54,808 nt of DNA. Origin: a virus (taxonomy: Duplodnaviria > Caudoviricetes). Below, in pieces: positions 37,921-47,247 of the stretch (the stretch's first letter is position 1; the number at the start of each line of letters is the position of its first letter). Made by a program: the position numbers and the translations under genes. Under the pieces are notes generated by a model. The model had not been told where the DNA came from and did no database searches. It worked only from the letters and a program-made list of their open reading frames with translations. The DNA lies in the IMG/VR virus record IMGVR_UViG_3300044723_000730, positions 1-54,808 of that record; one strand, given 5' to 3'.

Positions 37921-38691
37921 CTATTGAACGTATACTCCTTCCCCCTCAACAACGTCAAATACACTTTCAACATTGTTGTTCTGTGAGGCGTTAGATTTAA
38001 AAACAAGTTTCACTAATTCCTTAGTGTCTGGGTCTTTCTGCGCGTGCATCGCAATTAAAATTTCATTTTCTTCCAAAGGGCGCACTGCTTTAAAATAAAG
38101 TTTAGGTATGTGTGAGTCTTCATCAAACCTAGCCTCTACAAGAACAGTAGCTATTGGCGTCTTGTTGCTATTCAAATACTTTGCAAACGCTTGCATTGAC
38201 ATCTTCTTTTGATCGCTACCAAAAATACTGGTAGACGGAAGGTCAAGTTGGTACACCGTATCATCAGTAAGCTCACCATCATCGTCAGTTAGCATGATCG
38301 CAATGCGTTGCCGAAACCGACACGCACGGGAGTTACCTTGTCCGGAACCTTTTATGTTTTGCTTACAATCAAAACATGTAATGTGTTGCTTACCTTCAAG
38401 AACATTCTTAGAAGGTCTCCCACTTGCATGATCGTCAGACCAACAAGTGGGGGAGTTGTGTTCGCCGGGCACGAACTGCCCAGCATAATACATTCTGGAA
38501 ATTGGTGCAGTCTTTACTATTACAAGTTTTAAAACACTGCTTTCCAATACCTCCGTTTCTTTACCACTAACTACTTTGCGAAACGCATTCTCTCGAATAC
38601 TTATTCGATTGATCTCTGATTTTGAAGCCTCTGGTTTTAACTTAGAAAACAAGTTCTTATAGCTATCAGGCAACCCATCAGATGTCATCAT
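37921..38691 (-). CDS. putative ssDNA-binding/annealing protein with Cys cluster
   Basis: RISI...RMYYAG...PTCWS...CFDC...GSGQGNSRACR motif recalled from phage replication modules. Confidence 0.6.
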   Translation of the reverse strand: MMTSDGLPDSYKNLFSKLKPEASKSEINRISIRENAFRKVVSGKETEVLESSVLKLVIVKTAPISRMYYAGQFVPGEHNSPTCWSDDHASGRPSKNVLEGKQHITCFDCKQNIKGSGQGNSRACRFRQRIAIMLTDDDGELTDDTVYQLDLPSTSIFGSDQKKMSMQAFAKYLNSNKTPIATVLVEARFDEDSHIPKLYFKAVRPLEENEILIAMHAQKDPDTKELVKLVFKSNASQNNNVESVFDVVEGEGVYVQ

Positions 38692-38998
38692 CTAGCTCCG
38701 CTAGCAAGTCTTCTATTTCAGAAGGCGGTAAAACCTCACCCTCCAGTGGAACATCTGTAGCAGTTGTTTCGTGTAAGTTATCTGCGGCTTTCTCAACTGC
38801 TGCTTCATACTTACCCTTTGGTTCTTCCTTCCGCAGTGCAGCAACTACATCTTCCACACAGAAACGGTAGGTATTACCGGCCTTTATATAAGTCTCACGC
38901 GGGACGAACCCGCGCTTTACCCACTGCCTAACCGTAGACACTTTGACACCTACGTGTGCAGCTAGTTCATCCAAAGTAACGTACTTTGTATCTGACAC
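38678..38998 (-). CDS. excisionase/MerR-like helix-turn-helix protein
   Basis: YVTLDELAAHVGVKVSTVRQWVKRG...YRF; GTG start. Confidence 0.8.
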   Translation of the reverse strand: MSDTKYVTLDELAAHVGVKVSTVRQWVKRGFVPRETYIKAGNTYRFCVEDVVAALRKEEPKGKYEAAVEKAADNLHETTATDVPLEGEVLPPSEIEDLLAELDDDI

Positions 38999-39402
38999 TA
39001 TTTTTTCCTCCGTACAGTTATAGTGTATTCGCTATCAGCGTTTAGACCGGGCGGTAGTTTGTCAGGATTCTCCTCAAGGAAGGTACGCATGTTGGTTTGA
39101 TGAAGGCGTTTCTCCATCAAGTCCATAGCACCATGCTCCATGATAAACTTGTTCATACTCTCCCAATCAGAAGTCCAAAACTTGGTTCTAACTGATCGGT
39201 AGAAAGTACCTGTTGCAGTCCGTACTGACTCAGCGCCAGTAGATTCGCAATGTTCGTTGAGCACTTGTTTAAATTTATCCAGCTTCTCGTCGAGCGCACT
39301 AAGCTTAGTGTTCATCTCACTAGTGATAGCAGCCTTTCGATCACGGATTTTTATGCAAGCGTCAACAAGGCGGTCTAAACCAACTTCTTCAGCTTCGGTC
39401 AT
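38998..39402 (-). CDS. conserved phage replication-module protein
   Basis: Coiled coil, SVRTATGTFY, DW, PPGLN...TVRRK; AAGGAG RBS. Confidence 0.7.
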   Translation of the reverse strand: MTEAEEVGLDRLVDACIKIRDRKAAITSEMNTKLSALDEKLDKFKQVLNEHCESTGAESVRTATGTFYRSVRTKFWTSDWESMNKFIMEHGAMDLMEKRLHQTNMRTFLEENPDKLPPGLNADSEYTITVRRKK

Positions 39403-39439
39403 TACATCGTTCTCCTTTATATTTTAATTAGGGGGAGTG

Positions 39440-39468
39440 ATTATATGTGCAGTGCTTTTACATTTCAA
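39440..39468 (-). promoter_or_regulatory. sigma70 promoter for HTH/SSB/primase cluster
   Basis: TTGAAA-N17-TATAAT on the minus strand. Confidence 0.8.
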
Positions 39469-40999
39469 GTACTTCATTATACAAATCTATTATTTTTGTA
39501 TGCACATCTATTCTTTGGTCAAGTAGTTTGTATACTCTTTTCTCAACCGGGGAACCTTGTAACTGTACGACTGTACAAGGGTGCTTTTGCCCAGACCGAT
39601 GCACGCGTGCATTAGCTTGAGCATAAGTTTCTAGGGAAGCCACTGGCCCCCACCATACGATGGTATTTGCTGCGGTAAGGGTGACACCATGCGCTGCGGC
39701 TTGTGGCTGTATTATCAGGACTCTGGGGTCGTCCGTGTCTTGGAATTCTTTAAACAGTTGGGTGCGCTTTGAAACACTTACGTCCCCCCGAATGATGCCG
39801 TTAGATATTTTGTCCTTAAAAAGTTTCTCAGATAGTATGTCGATGACGTGCTTAAAGGGCACAAAGATCAACACTTTCTGGCTTGTCTCATCAATAACTT
39901 CCTTCAGTACTTTGTACCGGTTCTTAATATCAAATTCTACTGTCTCTCCACTATCGGCGTAGACTGCACCACAAGATATTTGCAGTAACTTATTCATAGT
40001 TACAGCGGCGTTTGGTGCAGTAACTTGTTCTCCAGCAGCCATTGTTAGCATGTGACTGCGTATAGCTTTGTAGTATTTGTTCTGTTGTGTTGTTAGCTCG
40101 ATCTCACGCTTGGCGTACGTCATTTCTGGTAAGTCGAGGCATTGTTCTTTCGTGTACCGTATTGCTGGCTGTAATGCTGCATGTACTTTATTTACAGCAT
40201 TGTCTTTAGGAACCCACTTAAATTGAGTCACTTTGTACATAACCATCTCACGGAACGCGGAGAAACTACGCGGTACAGCTAGTGGGTTAATCATTTTAGC
40301 TAACCCAAACGCATCAAGGGGGGATTGAGCGGCGGGAGTACCCGTCATCATCCACACCCATGTGTCGGGTTTTATTATTCTGTTAAGTACTTTCCAGCGT
40401 TTTGAATTTGCGTTCTTATAATGTGTGGCTTCATCTACAATTATTAGATCGTACTCGGCCATCTGTATATGATCTTCTACTATCTCGACACCATCATAGT
40501 TAATAATCACAAAGTCTGAGTCGCCTGAGATTATTCTACGGCGTTTATCTTTTGCCCCGTGCGCTATATCTACACTACGGTGCATAGCGAAGGTAAACAG
40601 GTCAGCCCTCCATGCAGAATCCATAATCGACAAAGGGCAAATAATCAGTACTTTGTTAATAACCCCTTGTTTGAGTAAGAAGTCAGCAGCCCAGATAGCA
40701 GAGGCAGTTTTTCCTGTACCTTGTTCGTTAAAGCAAAACGCTTTCTTGTTTAGTGTAAGAAAGGATGATGTAGTCTTTTGATGCTCGAAAGGTTTGTAAC
40801 GCCCCGGCCAATCGTACTGACCTAGTATTGGAGACGGTACATTCTTGACGTTAAGGTTGCGTAGCACTCGTGCTTCATCTACGCCCCACTTAACTAAAAC
40901 TTCGTTGTTGCCGAGATCACGGCTAGTCGGTATGGCTGTTGTGATTTTCTGGGGGTCACGAACCCGCAGGCGTAAACCCCTGTTATCAACTACTCGCAT
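39458..40999 (-). CDS. SNF2-family (SF2) helicase
   Basis: EQGTGKT, DEAT, TGTP, HGVTLT, QANARVHRSGQ. Confidence 0.9.
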   Translation of the reverse strand: MRVVDNRGLRLRVRDPQKITTAIPTSRDLGNNEVLVKWGVDEARVLRNLNVKNVPSPILGQYDWPGRYKPFEHQKTTSSFLTLNKKAFCFNEQGTGKTASAIWAADFLLKQGVINKVLIICPLSIMDSAWRADLFTFAMHRSVDIAHGAKDKRRRIISGDSDFVIINYDGVEIVEDHIQMAEYDLIIVDEATHYKNANSKRWKVLNRIIKPDTWVWMMTGTPAAQSPLDAFGLAKMINPLAVPRSFSAFREMVMYKVTQFKWVPKDNAVNKVHAALQPAIRYTKEQCLDLPEMTYAKREIELTTQQNKYYKAIRSHMLTMAAGEQVTAPNAAVTMNKLLQISCGAVYADSGETVEFDIKNRYKVLKEVIDETSQKVLIFVPFKHVIDILSEKLFKDKISNGIIRGDVSVSKRTQLFKEFQDTDDPRVLIIQPQAAAHGVTLTAANTIVWWGPVASLETYAQANARVHRSGQKHPCTVVQLQGSPVEKRVYKLLDQRIDVHTKIIDLYNEVLEM

Positions 41000-41004
41000 T
41001 TAAG

Positions 41005-41307
41005 TTACCCTACTAGTTTATCTGGGTATTTAGCAGCCATTGCTAGAAGTTCGTTTTTATTTTCAATGGCTTCCGGATGATCGCCGGTAACGCAGAGGCT
41101 TCTTAAAGCTTCTTCTGGGCTGTACTTTAAGTTGTACCCTCTAGGGTACGCACCTTCTACGGTACAATGAGAAGACCTATGCCCTTCTCCCCCGCCTAAT
41201 CCGTGATAGTGTCTGTCCCCGCATTCTTTACACACAAAGACATATTGCCTGCCACGTATGTAACAATCGACTGTAGGTATTTCATCTTGCATGACATCAT
41301 TCTCCAT
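41005..41307 (-). CDS. Cys/His-rich hypothetical protein (start may be 41292)
   Basis: CKECGDRHYHG...HRSSHC. Confidence 0.6.
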   Translation of the reverse strand: MENDVMQDEIPTVDCYIRGRQYVFVCKECGDRHYHGLGGGEGHRSSHCTVEGAYPRGYNLKYSPEEALRSLCVTGDHPEAIENKNELLAMAAKYPDKLVG

Positions 41308-41308
41308 T

Positions 41309-41629
41309 CTATTTCTTTTTCTTTCTTTCGCGCTTACTAGTTTCAGAAACTAGCCGACCTTTTGAGTCTCGTTTAAACGATCTGTTTTTGGACTTGCTTT
41401 GTATTTTAGTCCCGTGCGAGTTCTTACCGCCTTTACTCAAGGCTCTCTTGTGGCTAACGTCCTTGCCTTCTCGCTTGTCGGCTTTGCCGTTCTTATTTTT
41501 ATCTTCACCTTCCTTGTCTATCTTACGTCGCGCACGCTGCCTCTCCATACGATCAGCATGTTCGCCACGTTTCTTCTGTTGTTCGTACTCCTTTTTATAC
41601 GGACGTTTCTTCTTTGTATACGGCATCAT
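41309..41629 (-). CDS. basic HNH-like protein
   Basis: GKDVSHKRALSKGGKN...SKNRS degenerate HNH motif. Confidence 0.65.
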   Translation of the reverse strand: MMPYTKKKRPYKKEYEQQKKRGEHADRMERQRARRKIDKEGEDKNKNGKADKREGKDVSHKRALSKGGKNSHGTKIQSKSKNRSFKRDSKGRLVSETSKRERKKKK

Positions 41630-42306
41630 CTTCTCCCGTTATGAGGACACTCCAGTATAATGCAATGAGCCTTGCACAATCCAGTGGGCCTCGGATTCCA
41701 TACATCAGTTACAAGGGTCTTTTCCAAAATCCCATATTTGGTTAACCACTTCTCCCACAACTTTGATTCGTCTTTTCTTTCATAGGTTTGTTTAATTAAC
41801 TTGTTACACACAACGAACAACAACCCGGCTTTCACTGTATGTATCTCAGGAAAGTGTTTGAACACACACAGGGTCATAAGCTCCAACTGCCCTACGTCAG
41901 CGTACTTGGCAGATTTACCCGTCTTGTAATCAAAAACTTTGGCTACCCCTGCGTCTCTATCCAAGATAATCAGGTCAGCTACACCTCGATACCAAACATC
42001 ATCAGCAAAAAACTCACAAGGTTCCAAGTTTGACGTGATACCCATCTTGTATTCACAGAGCTTCTCGCCCGGCATCGCCAACAACTTATCTAACACGTTT
42101 CGCGAGTAATCAAATCGTGGGTCTAGTTCGCTAACTATCCCACCTACGTAATCCTCCGCTGCCTTGTGGTACTCATTACCGTACCGCATTGCTTCAGTAT
42201 TAAAATTTTCTTCGTAGTCCTTTGCTACCTTCAGGTGGTAATACTTTTTCGGGCATTGCTCAAAAGTCTTTAGGCTACTGAAAGACCATGCTGTTCTCGT
42301 ACCCAT
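41626..42306 (-). CDS. PD-(D/E)XK (Cas4/RecB-like) exonuclease
   Basis: WSFSSLKTFEQCP, RGVADL, DYKTGK, QL, C-terminal Cys cluster; probable start 42306. Confidence 0.85.
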   Translation of the reverse strand: MGTRTAWSFSSLKTFEQCPKKYYHLKVAKDYEENFNTEAMRYGNEYHKAAEDYVGGIVSELDPRFDYSRNVLDKLLAMPGEKLCEYKMGITSNLEPCEFFADDVWYRGVADLIILDRDAGVAKVFDYKTGKSAKYADVGQLELMTLCVFKHFPEIHTVKAGLLFVVCNKLIKQTYERKDESKLWEKWLTKYGILEKTLVTDVWNPRPTGLCKAHCIILECPHNGRR

Positions 42307-44147
42307 TCGATACACTCTCCATAATTCTTCCCGATTTCCACATCCCCACGGACGGGTAGGCCAGAGGCCCATTCGGGGACAAAAGCCATACAGGAATCTA
42401 TGTAATTACAAGCTTCAATAACTTGTTCGTCAGGGACACAGCATACCACAGAGTCGTGGACTGTTAGCAAAATCCTATACTTCTTTTGTATTTCCAGCAT
42501 TTGTTCTGCCATTACACAACGCGCTATGGCTTGGCATACATTTTCAATAACTTTGCCGCCGTATATTTTGATGTAACCCATGCGGGTTTTGTAGGAATAC
42601 TGCTCCCTACCATCTTCATCTAACTCCATCTTAAGTTTGTTGTAATACATACTAAGACCTGACGGTAACCGGATGGCGTTTTCCTTTGGTAGGAGTTTTA
42701 GAACGCCTTTCTTACCTACCGTTGTTATGGCGTTGCCGTGCAGACATCCCAGTGCGGTGTTAGCCGTTCGCCACAATTTAGTGATCTTGCTGTTGGCACT
42801 ACGGTACACCCCCACAATGCGACGGCATTCTTTCTCGTCAACTTCTACACCAAATGTTTTCAATTGTTCTCGGAATCGTACAGCGCCCATGCCGTACCCA
42901 GCCCCAAGTATTGTAGTCTTACCTATGAAGCGTTGCTCTGGTGTGACTTTCTCTACTTTAGTTTTGTATATACTTGCAGCCATTATCTTGTATACATCTT
43001 CACCACGTTTGAATGCTAAGACCAAATCGTTTTGTTCTGCCAACCACGCCAGCACTCGTGCCTCTATCTGAGCAGAATCGGCTTGGATCAGGGTGTGCCC
43101 TTCAGGGACGCAAATACATGATTTCAATACCTTTGCATTTGGCCCTCGTGATGGTAAGTTTTGTAAGTTTACCTTATCAGAACCACCCCAACGCCCCGTA
43201 TGCGCTGCGTAATATTTGATGGGAACTGGCATCTTCTTTCCACGGGTAGCAATATCCAAGAAGCGTTCTGTTCTTGTTTCTTCTAAAGTACTTTTCAAAC
43301 CTAGTCTTGCAGCAACTAGTGTCTGTACTTCTATATCCTCGTGTTCTTGTAGAGCCTTAAACCCCTCGTCTGTCTTGGCAAATGCGTAGGTTTCCTTGCC
43401 CGTACGTGCGCTGATTTTTGTTGGTGGCTCTACCCCGGCGTTACGTAACAACTCTGCAAACTTGTTGTTAGACATAAGGTTTTCTAACTCAACACCACTC
43501 TGTAAAAGAAGTTTCTCTTTTTGTTCTTTAAGGGTATCAAGATGGTTGTCTAGTTTGGCTACGTCTAGTTCAAGCATAGGTTCGATAAACATACGTAGGG
43601 TCATGTCTATCACCTTGAGTTCGATCATGGGGAACCCACGTTTCTTCATAAAGATGTCGAACAGTTTATAGGTCAACTCCACATCATTTATACAGTAGTC
43701 CCCATACTCGGCTAGTTCTTCCTCGGTAAAATCTCCCCTTCTCTTACCTTCTGCCTTGAGTACCTCGGTTCCTTTCTGACCGATGCCATACATATCAGAC
43801 AACGCTTTAAGAGATGCCCCAGCATCCACCCCATGAAGAGCACGCCCCATACTGAGAGTATCAAAATAAACCCTACCCCTAATGCCAAAAAGCCAATTAA
43901 GAATAGCCCCATCAAACAAAGTATTGTGAGCCAGTATTGCAGAGTTAGCCCAATCGTACTCATTCTGTAAATAAGTTTTGAGATCATCGAACCCTCCGCT
44001 CAACCATTCAGTGTCCCCGTCATTAACTTTTACAGCAACACCTATAACTTCAAAGTCAGGGCTACGTACGTACTGCTCAGTCGTTAGCTTCCTAAAGCCG
44101 AAAGTCTTGCTGTAATAAGTTTCAAAGTCTATTGTTATTATGTCCAT
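42270..44147 (-). CDS. DNA polymerase family A with 3'-5' exonuclease
   Basis: DFETY, HNTLFD, YCINDV exo motifs; DSAQIEAR (A), KTTILGAGYG (B), TVHDS (C). Confidence 0.95.
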   Translation of the reverse strand: MDIITIDFETYYSKTFGFRKLTTEQYVRSPDFEVIGVAVKVNDGDTEWLSGGFDDLKTYLQNEYDWANSAILAHNTLFDGAILNWLFGIRGRVYFDTLSMGRALHGVDAGASLKALSDMYGIGQKGTEVLKAEGKRRGDFTEEELAEYGDYCINDVELTYKLFDIFMKKRGFPMIELKVIDMTLRMFIEPMLELDVAKLDNHLDTLKEQKEKLLLQSGVELENLMSNNKFAELLRNAGVEPPTKISARTGKETYAFAKTDEGFKALQEHEDIEVQTLVAARLGLKSTLEETRTERFLDIATRGKKMPVPIKYYAAHTGRWGGSDKVNLQNLPSRGPNAKVLKSCICVPEGHTLIQADSAQIEARVLAWLAEQNDLVLAFKRGEDVYKIMAASIYKTKVEKVTPEQRFIGKTTILGAGYGMGAVRFREQLKTFGVEVDEKECRRIVGVYRSANSKITKLWRTANTALGCLHGNAITTVGKKGVLKLLPKENAIRLPSGLSMYYNKLKMELDEDGREQYSYKTRMGYIKIYGGKVIENVCQAIARCVMAEQMLEIQKKYRILLTVHDSVVCCVPDEQVIEACNYIDSCMAFVPEWASGLPVRGDVEIGKNYGECIEWVREQHGLSVA

Positions 44148-44332
44148 TATAATTTTCTGCTTTCTTCTAAAGTTTTGTCGTACAAGTTATCAAGGTAGTC
44201 CCGCCAATCCTGTAAAATATCTAATTGAATAACAAAGTGCTCGTTATGAAAATCTTCCCAAAGGTCTATCTCACCCTCCCCTGCGTTGGGGTTGTAGTAC
44301 AAAGTGCCATACTGCCAAACTTCTTTTTTCAT
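44147..44332 (-). CDS. hypothetical protein
   Basis: Translationally coupled on both sides. Confidence 0.65.
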   Translation of the reverse strand: MKKEVWQYGTLYYNPNAGEGEIDLWEDFHNEHFVIQLDILQDWRDYLDNLYDKTLEESRKL

Positions 44333-44736
44333 TACAGTTTCCCCTTCTTTACTAGTGCTAAACGATTAGCTTCTTGTGCAGCAGCTATGTCTTTTTTATT
44401 TTGGCCGGTGTACGCGACAGCCAACTTTTCTTTGATGAGTAGTTTATTAATGGTTGTCCGTCCAACTTTGATTTCACCCAAGTACCTTCCAAACTTTCCC
44501 TTCTCCCTTGTTCGGAGCGCATAAACTCCTCCCAACTTGAGAGCCTTTTGGGCGTAGGCTTTCGCGAGTAGTCCATGTGCTTTCTCCTGTTTATTTCTAG
44601 TGCGACACTCTGGAGTATCGATGCCGAAAAGACGGATACGCTGATTACGAACCCAACAGTCAAACCCAAGATCAATATCAACATCTACTGTATCTCCATC
44701 GACGACTCTAATTATTGTTGCTTTGTATTCGTACAT
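44332..44736 (-). CDS. thermonuclease (SNase-like)
   Basis: RVVDGDTVD, RIRLFGIDTPE, GKFGRYLG; probable start 44736. Confidence 0.9.
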   Translation of the reverse strand: MYEYKATIIRVVDGDTVDVDIDLGFDCWVRNQRIRLFGIDTPECRTRNKQEKAHGLLAKAYAQKALKLGGVYALRTREKGKFGRYLGEIKVGRTTINKLLIKEKLAVAYTGQNKKDIAAAQEANRLALVKKGKL

Positions 44737-44915
44737 TATTTTTCCTCTACAATTTTTTCTCGGAGTATTGCGTCTTCCCAATTTTTACACCACGGACAGT
44801 ACCAACCTTTCCGATACGGTTGCGGGTGCCCATCGCCGTCTTGTTTTTCGACATACCCAAGCACCTCAAGCATCTTCTGACCACACTTACATTGTTGATC
44901 AAGACTCTTGTACAT
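44736..44915 (-). CDS. small Zn-ribbon protein, 59 aa (absent from ORF track)
   Basis: MYKSLDQQCKCG...WYCPWCKNWE; coupled to thermonuclease start. Confidence 0.65.
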   Translation of the reverse strand: MYKSLDQQCKCGQKMLEVLGYVEKQDGDGHPQPYRKGWYCPWCKNWEDAILREKIVEEK

Positions 44916-44917
44916 CT

Positions 44918-45325
44918 TTATCTAACACCTGCATAAAACACATGCTTGTTTATCTTAGCCGTGACTTCGCCGGTATAAGCCCACTCTGGATATACTTCAG
45001 TAGTGTGGTAGTGAGTAGCCCCTTTTGTTCGGTCAGGTATACGGTCACTTATATATGCGAGGTATAGAGCATCATGCCAAGCATTAATATTTCTCGGGCT
45101 GTCGGATTTACCGTCGCACCAAAAACTAAACTGGCACTTGTCTCTCACTGGGTTATTGTTCAAGTAATAACCTTGCTTAACCACATCGCACGCATTGTCT
45201 GGATAGCGCGGGTCTTCGACTCTATTGTGTATAACTTGTGCTACAGCAATCTGCCCATCGCCGGGTTCCCCCCTAGCCTCGAAGTAAATTGCAGTAGCTA
45301 TACATATTAACGCGGGAGTTATCAT
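44918..45325 (-). CDS. cell wall hydrolase, SleB/Hydrolase_2 family
   Basis: IYFEARGE, VAQVIHNRV, CQFSFW, GATHYH, HVFY. Confidence 0.9.
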   Translation of the reverse strand: MITPALICIATAIYFEARGEPGDGQIAVAQVIHNRVEDPRYPDNACDVVKQGYYLNNNPVRDKCQFSFWCDGKSDSPRNINAWHDALYLAYISDRIPDRTKGATHYHTTEVYPEWAYTGEVTAKINKHVFYAGVR

Positions 45326-45582
45326 TACCTTCTCCTAAACGGGTCTGGCAGCACCTTATCTGGCCCTTTGTGTACCTTCGGTACTCTGAACCTGTTACGG
45401 ACAGGGTTGTCCACCATCGGTCTGCCTATCGGGGTCTTTAGCTTAACCCCGTGATTAAAGAGTATTGTCCTGACGCTGTTGGGACTTAGCCCTAACTCAG
45501 TAGCTATATCAACACCCTTCATGCCTTTCTTTGCCATAGATATAATTTTTGGGTACAAATCTTTATGTCCCTTCTTCGCCAT
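45325..45582 (-). CDS. helix-turn-helix protein
   Basis: GMKGVDIATELGLSPNSVRTIL. Confidence 0.7.
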   Translation of the reverse strand: MAKKGHKDLYPKIISMAKKGMKGVDIATELGLSPNSVRTILFNHGVKLKTPIGRPMVDNPVRNRFRVPKVHKGPDKVLPDPFRRR

Positions 45583-45588
45583 ATCCTA

Positions 45589-45789
45589 TCATTCCAAATG
45601 TGCCACACTACCCGCTGCAATAGTCGGTTGCGGGGTTTGTAAATTAGAGCTAGAAAACTTTTTACCACGCATCCATTGGTGGTACTTACCACGTACTTCA
45701 GCACGGGTGGGGGCGTACCAGATTAGTTTATCTTCGCCCCTACGTAATTCTAGCCGCCAAAAATCTTTACTGATTTCTTTTATAATCAT
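45589..45789 (-). CDS. hypothetical protein
   Basis: GAGGAAGAG RBS. Confidence 0.65.
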   Translation of the reverse strand: MIIKEISKDFWRLELRRGEDKLIWYAPTRAEVRGKYHQWMRGKKFSSSNLQTPQPTIAAGSVAHLE

Positions 45790-45803
45790 CGTTCTCTTCC
45801 TCT

Positions 45804-46253
45804 TTATTTAACTGTATTCCAATCGTGCTTTTTAGTTAGTTCTCTGGCTTTAATGGTTAAAGAATTTTTTCCTTTCCTATACCTTTGATATTTTTGCCTA
45901 GAAAACTTTGCCTTCTGCTCTTCAGTAAGAGGTGTCCACTTAAATCTGTCGATGGCCTCTAATAGCTCATCGTGGCTGTACTTTCCTGACCAAAGGCAAC
46001 CGCTAAGGTTGGGCGATCTATTTTCAACAAATGCTCGCACGGGTTGTTTGCTTACATACACCGGTTCATATCTTTTAAGGGCACAACTTTCTAAAAAAGT
46101 ATCTATTTTACCCCAATCAAGTTCCCCCTCGTAGTCATTTAATCCTGTGGCTTTTTTAAAGAAAAAGGCTTTTACACTCGCCATGCTGCCTCCACGTTGC
46201 CATCCGTTGAGCAATTCTCTATCCCAAAGTTCTTGAAATTCTTCCTTACTCAT
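45804..46253 (-). CDS. hypothetical protein
   Basis: GGAGG upstream; probable start MSKEEFQ (46253) or MAKMSK (46262). Confidence 0.6.
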   Translation of the reverse strand: MSKEEFQELWDRELLNGWQRGGSMASVKAFFFKKATGLNDYEGELDWGKIDTFLESCALKRYEPVYVSKQPVRAFVENRSPNLSGCLWSGKYSHDELLEAIDRFKWTPLTEEQKAKFSRQKYQRYRKGKNSLTIKARELTKKHDWNTVK

Positions 46254-46368
46254 TTTCGCCATCCTCCACAAACTCTTCTAGTTTTTCTACTGCTGCTATG
46301 ATGCGTTTGCCTAACTGTATCAGTTCTTCGGCATGTTCCTCGTCAACCTTAATCGTTATCTCTAACAT
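46246..46368 (-). CDS. small acidic protein, 40 aa (absent from ORF track)
   Basis: MLEITIKVDEEHAEELIQLGKRIIAAVEKLEEFVEDGENE; GGAGG upstream. Confidence 0.55.
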   Translation of the reverse strand: MLEITIKVDEEHAEELIQLGKRIIAAVEKLEEFVEDGENE

Positions 46369-46501
46369 CGTCCCAGTCCTCTTCTCGCCCTACATCTGGG
46401 TCAGGTTCATCCAACCACCACTTGCGTCCGTAGTCTTCATCCCCTACACGGTTCGGATCGTCCGGCAAATCTCGCTCGTTGTTATACACTCTGCCCATCA
46501 T
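46349..46501 (-). CDS. small acidic protein, about 50 aa (absent from ORF track)
   Basis: AGGAG RBS; MMGRVYNNERDLPDDP... Confidence 0.5.
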   Translation of the reverse strand: MMGRVYNNERDLPDDPNRVGDEDYGRKWWLDEPDPDVGREEDWDDVRDND

Positions 46502-46700
46502 CATTCTCCTGTATATCTTTCAGTATCTCTCGCCTTAGTCGCTTACGATCTTCGAGCGAGCATTTAGTTGCGATCTTGATGTCGCTTAGTTTTAGTTTGT
46601 AACTCGACGCGTTCCAGTACAGTGCAGCTTCTGGATCAGTAACCAACATGTACTGCCACGTCACCCCGTCGATGTCTAGGTAAAAGGATTCACCGTTCAT
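46482..46700 (-). CDS. hypothetical protein
   Basis: Coupled (TGATG); GAGG RBS. Confidence 0.65.
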   Translation of the reverse strand: MNGESFYLDIDGVTWQYMLVTDPEAALYWNASSYKLKLSDIKIATKCSLEDRKRLRREILKDIQENDDGQSV

Positions 46701-46984
46701 CAGTGTACCTCGCTCCCATGTTTTTCATTACTCCACTCAACTAATCGCCAAGTGTCTGACACGATCTCTGCAAATCTTTTTTCTGACACACCCAACGTAA
46801 TAGCTACAGAGATTATTTTAGAAAGCAATATTGATTGAACCATACGCACATCGGCTGCCCCGTCTATACCTTCGACCAATGCTTTCTCTACTTGTCTCTC
46901 TATTGACGCAAACTCTTCCAGTTCCTCGTCTAGTTCTTCTGTATCAAATTCTTCTAACAATTCTTTTAACTTAACATCGCCCAT
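46700..46984 (-). CDS. acidic hypothetical protein
   Basis: AAGGAG RBS. Confidence 0.7.
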   Translation of the reverse strand: MGDVKLKELLEEFDTEELDEELEEFASIERQVEKALVEGIDGAADVRMVQSILLSKIISVAITLGVSEKRFAEIVSDTWRLVEWSNEKHGSEVH

Positions 46985-46994
46985 CGTATTGTCT

Positions 46995-47240
46995 CCTTAA
47001 TTAAAAGTTGCGTGAGTCCACACAAAGTTCCTCCACCCATTCAGAGTTCGTCTGTGCTTTCTCACGACTAACCTTAGCGCGGCTTATTCGACGCACTCAA
47101 TCGTGTAGGAATTTGTCCGGGGAATATTACCTAAACAAATAAAAACGACCATGCGCTGCGGGTGTTTTTCAATGCCTATCCACCGCCCGCTGGGATGGGG
47201 GCAAGGCCAGAAAATAGCTAAAACATTCCTTGCCCAACAC
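46995..47240 (-). ncRNA. structured intergenic RNA candidate
   Basis: About 260 nt with no convincing ORF and several stems (47199-47206/47228-47235; 47158-47162/47186-47190; 47011-47016/47061-47066). Confidence 0.35.
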
Positions 47241-47247
47241 AACTATC

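Noticed and set aside
38678-38998. Integration/excision module
   Set aside because: Xis-like HTH is present but no integrase or att-like site was recognised in the window
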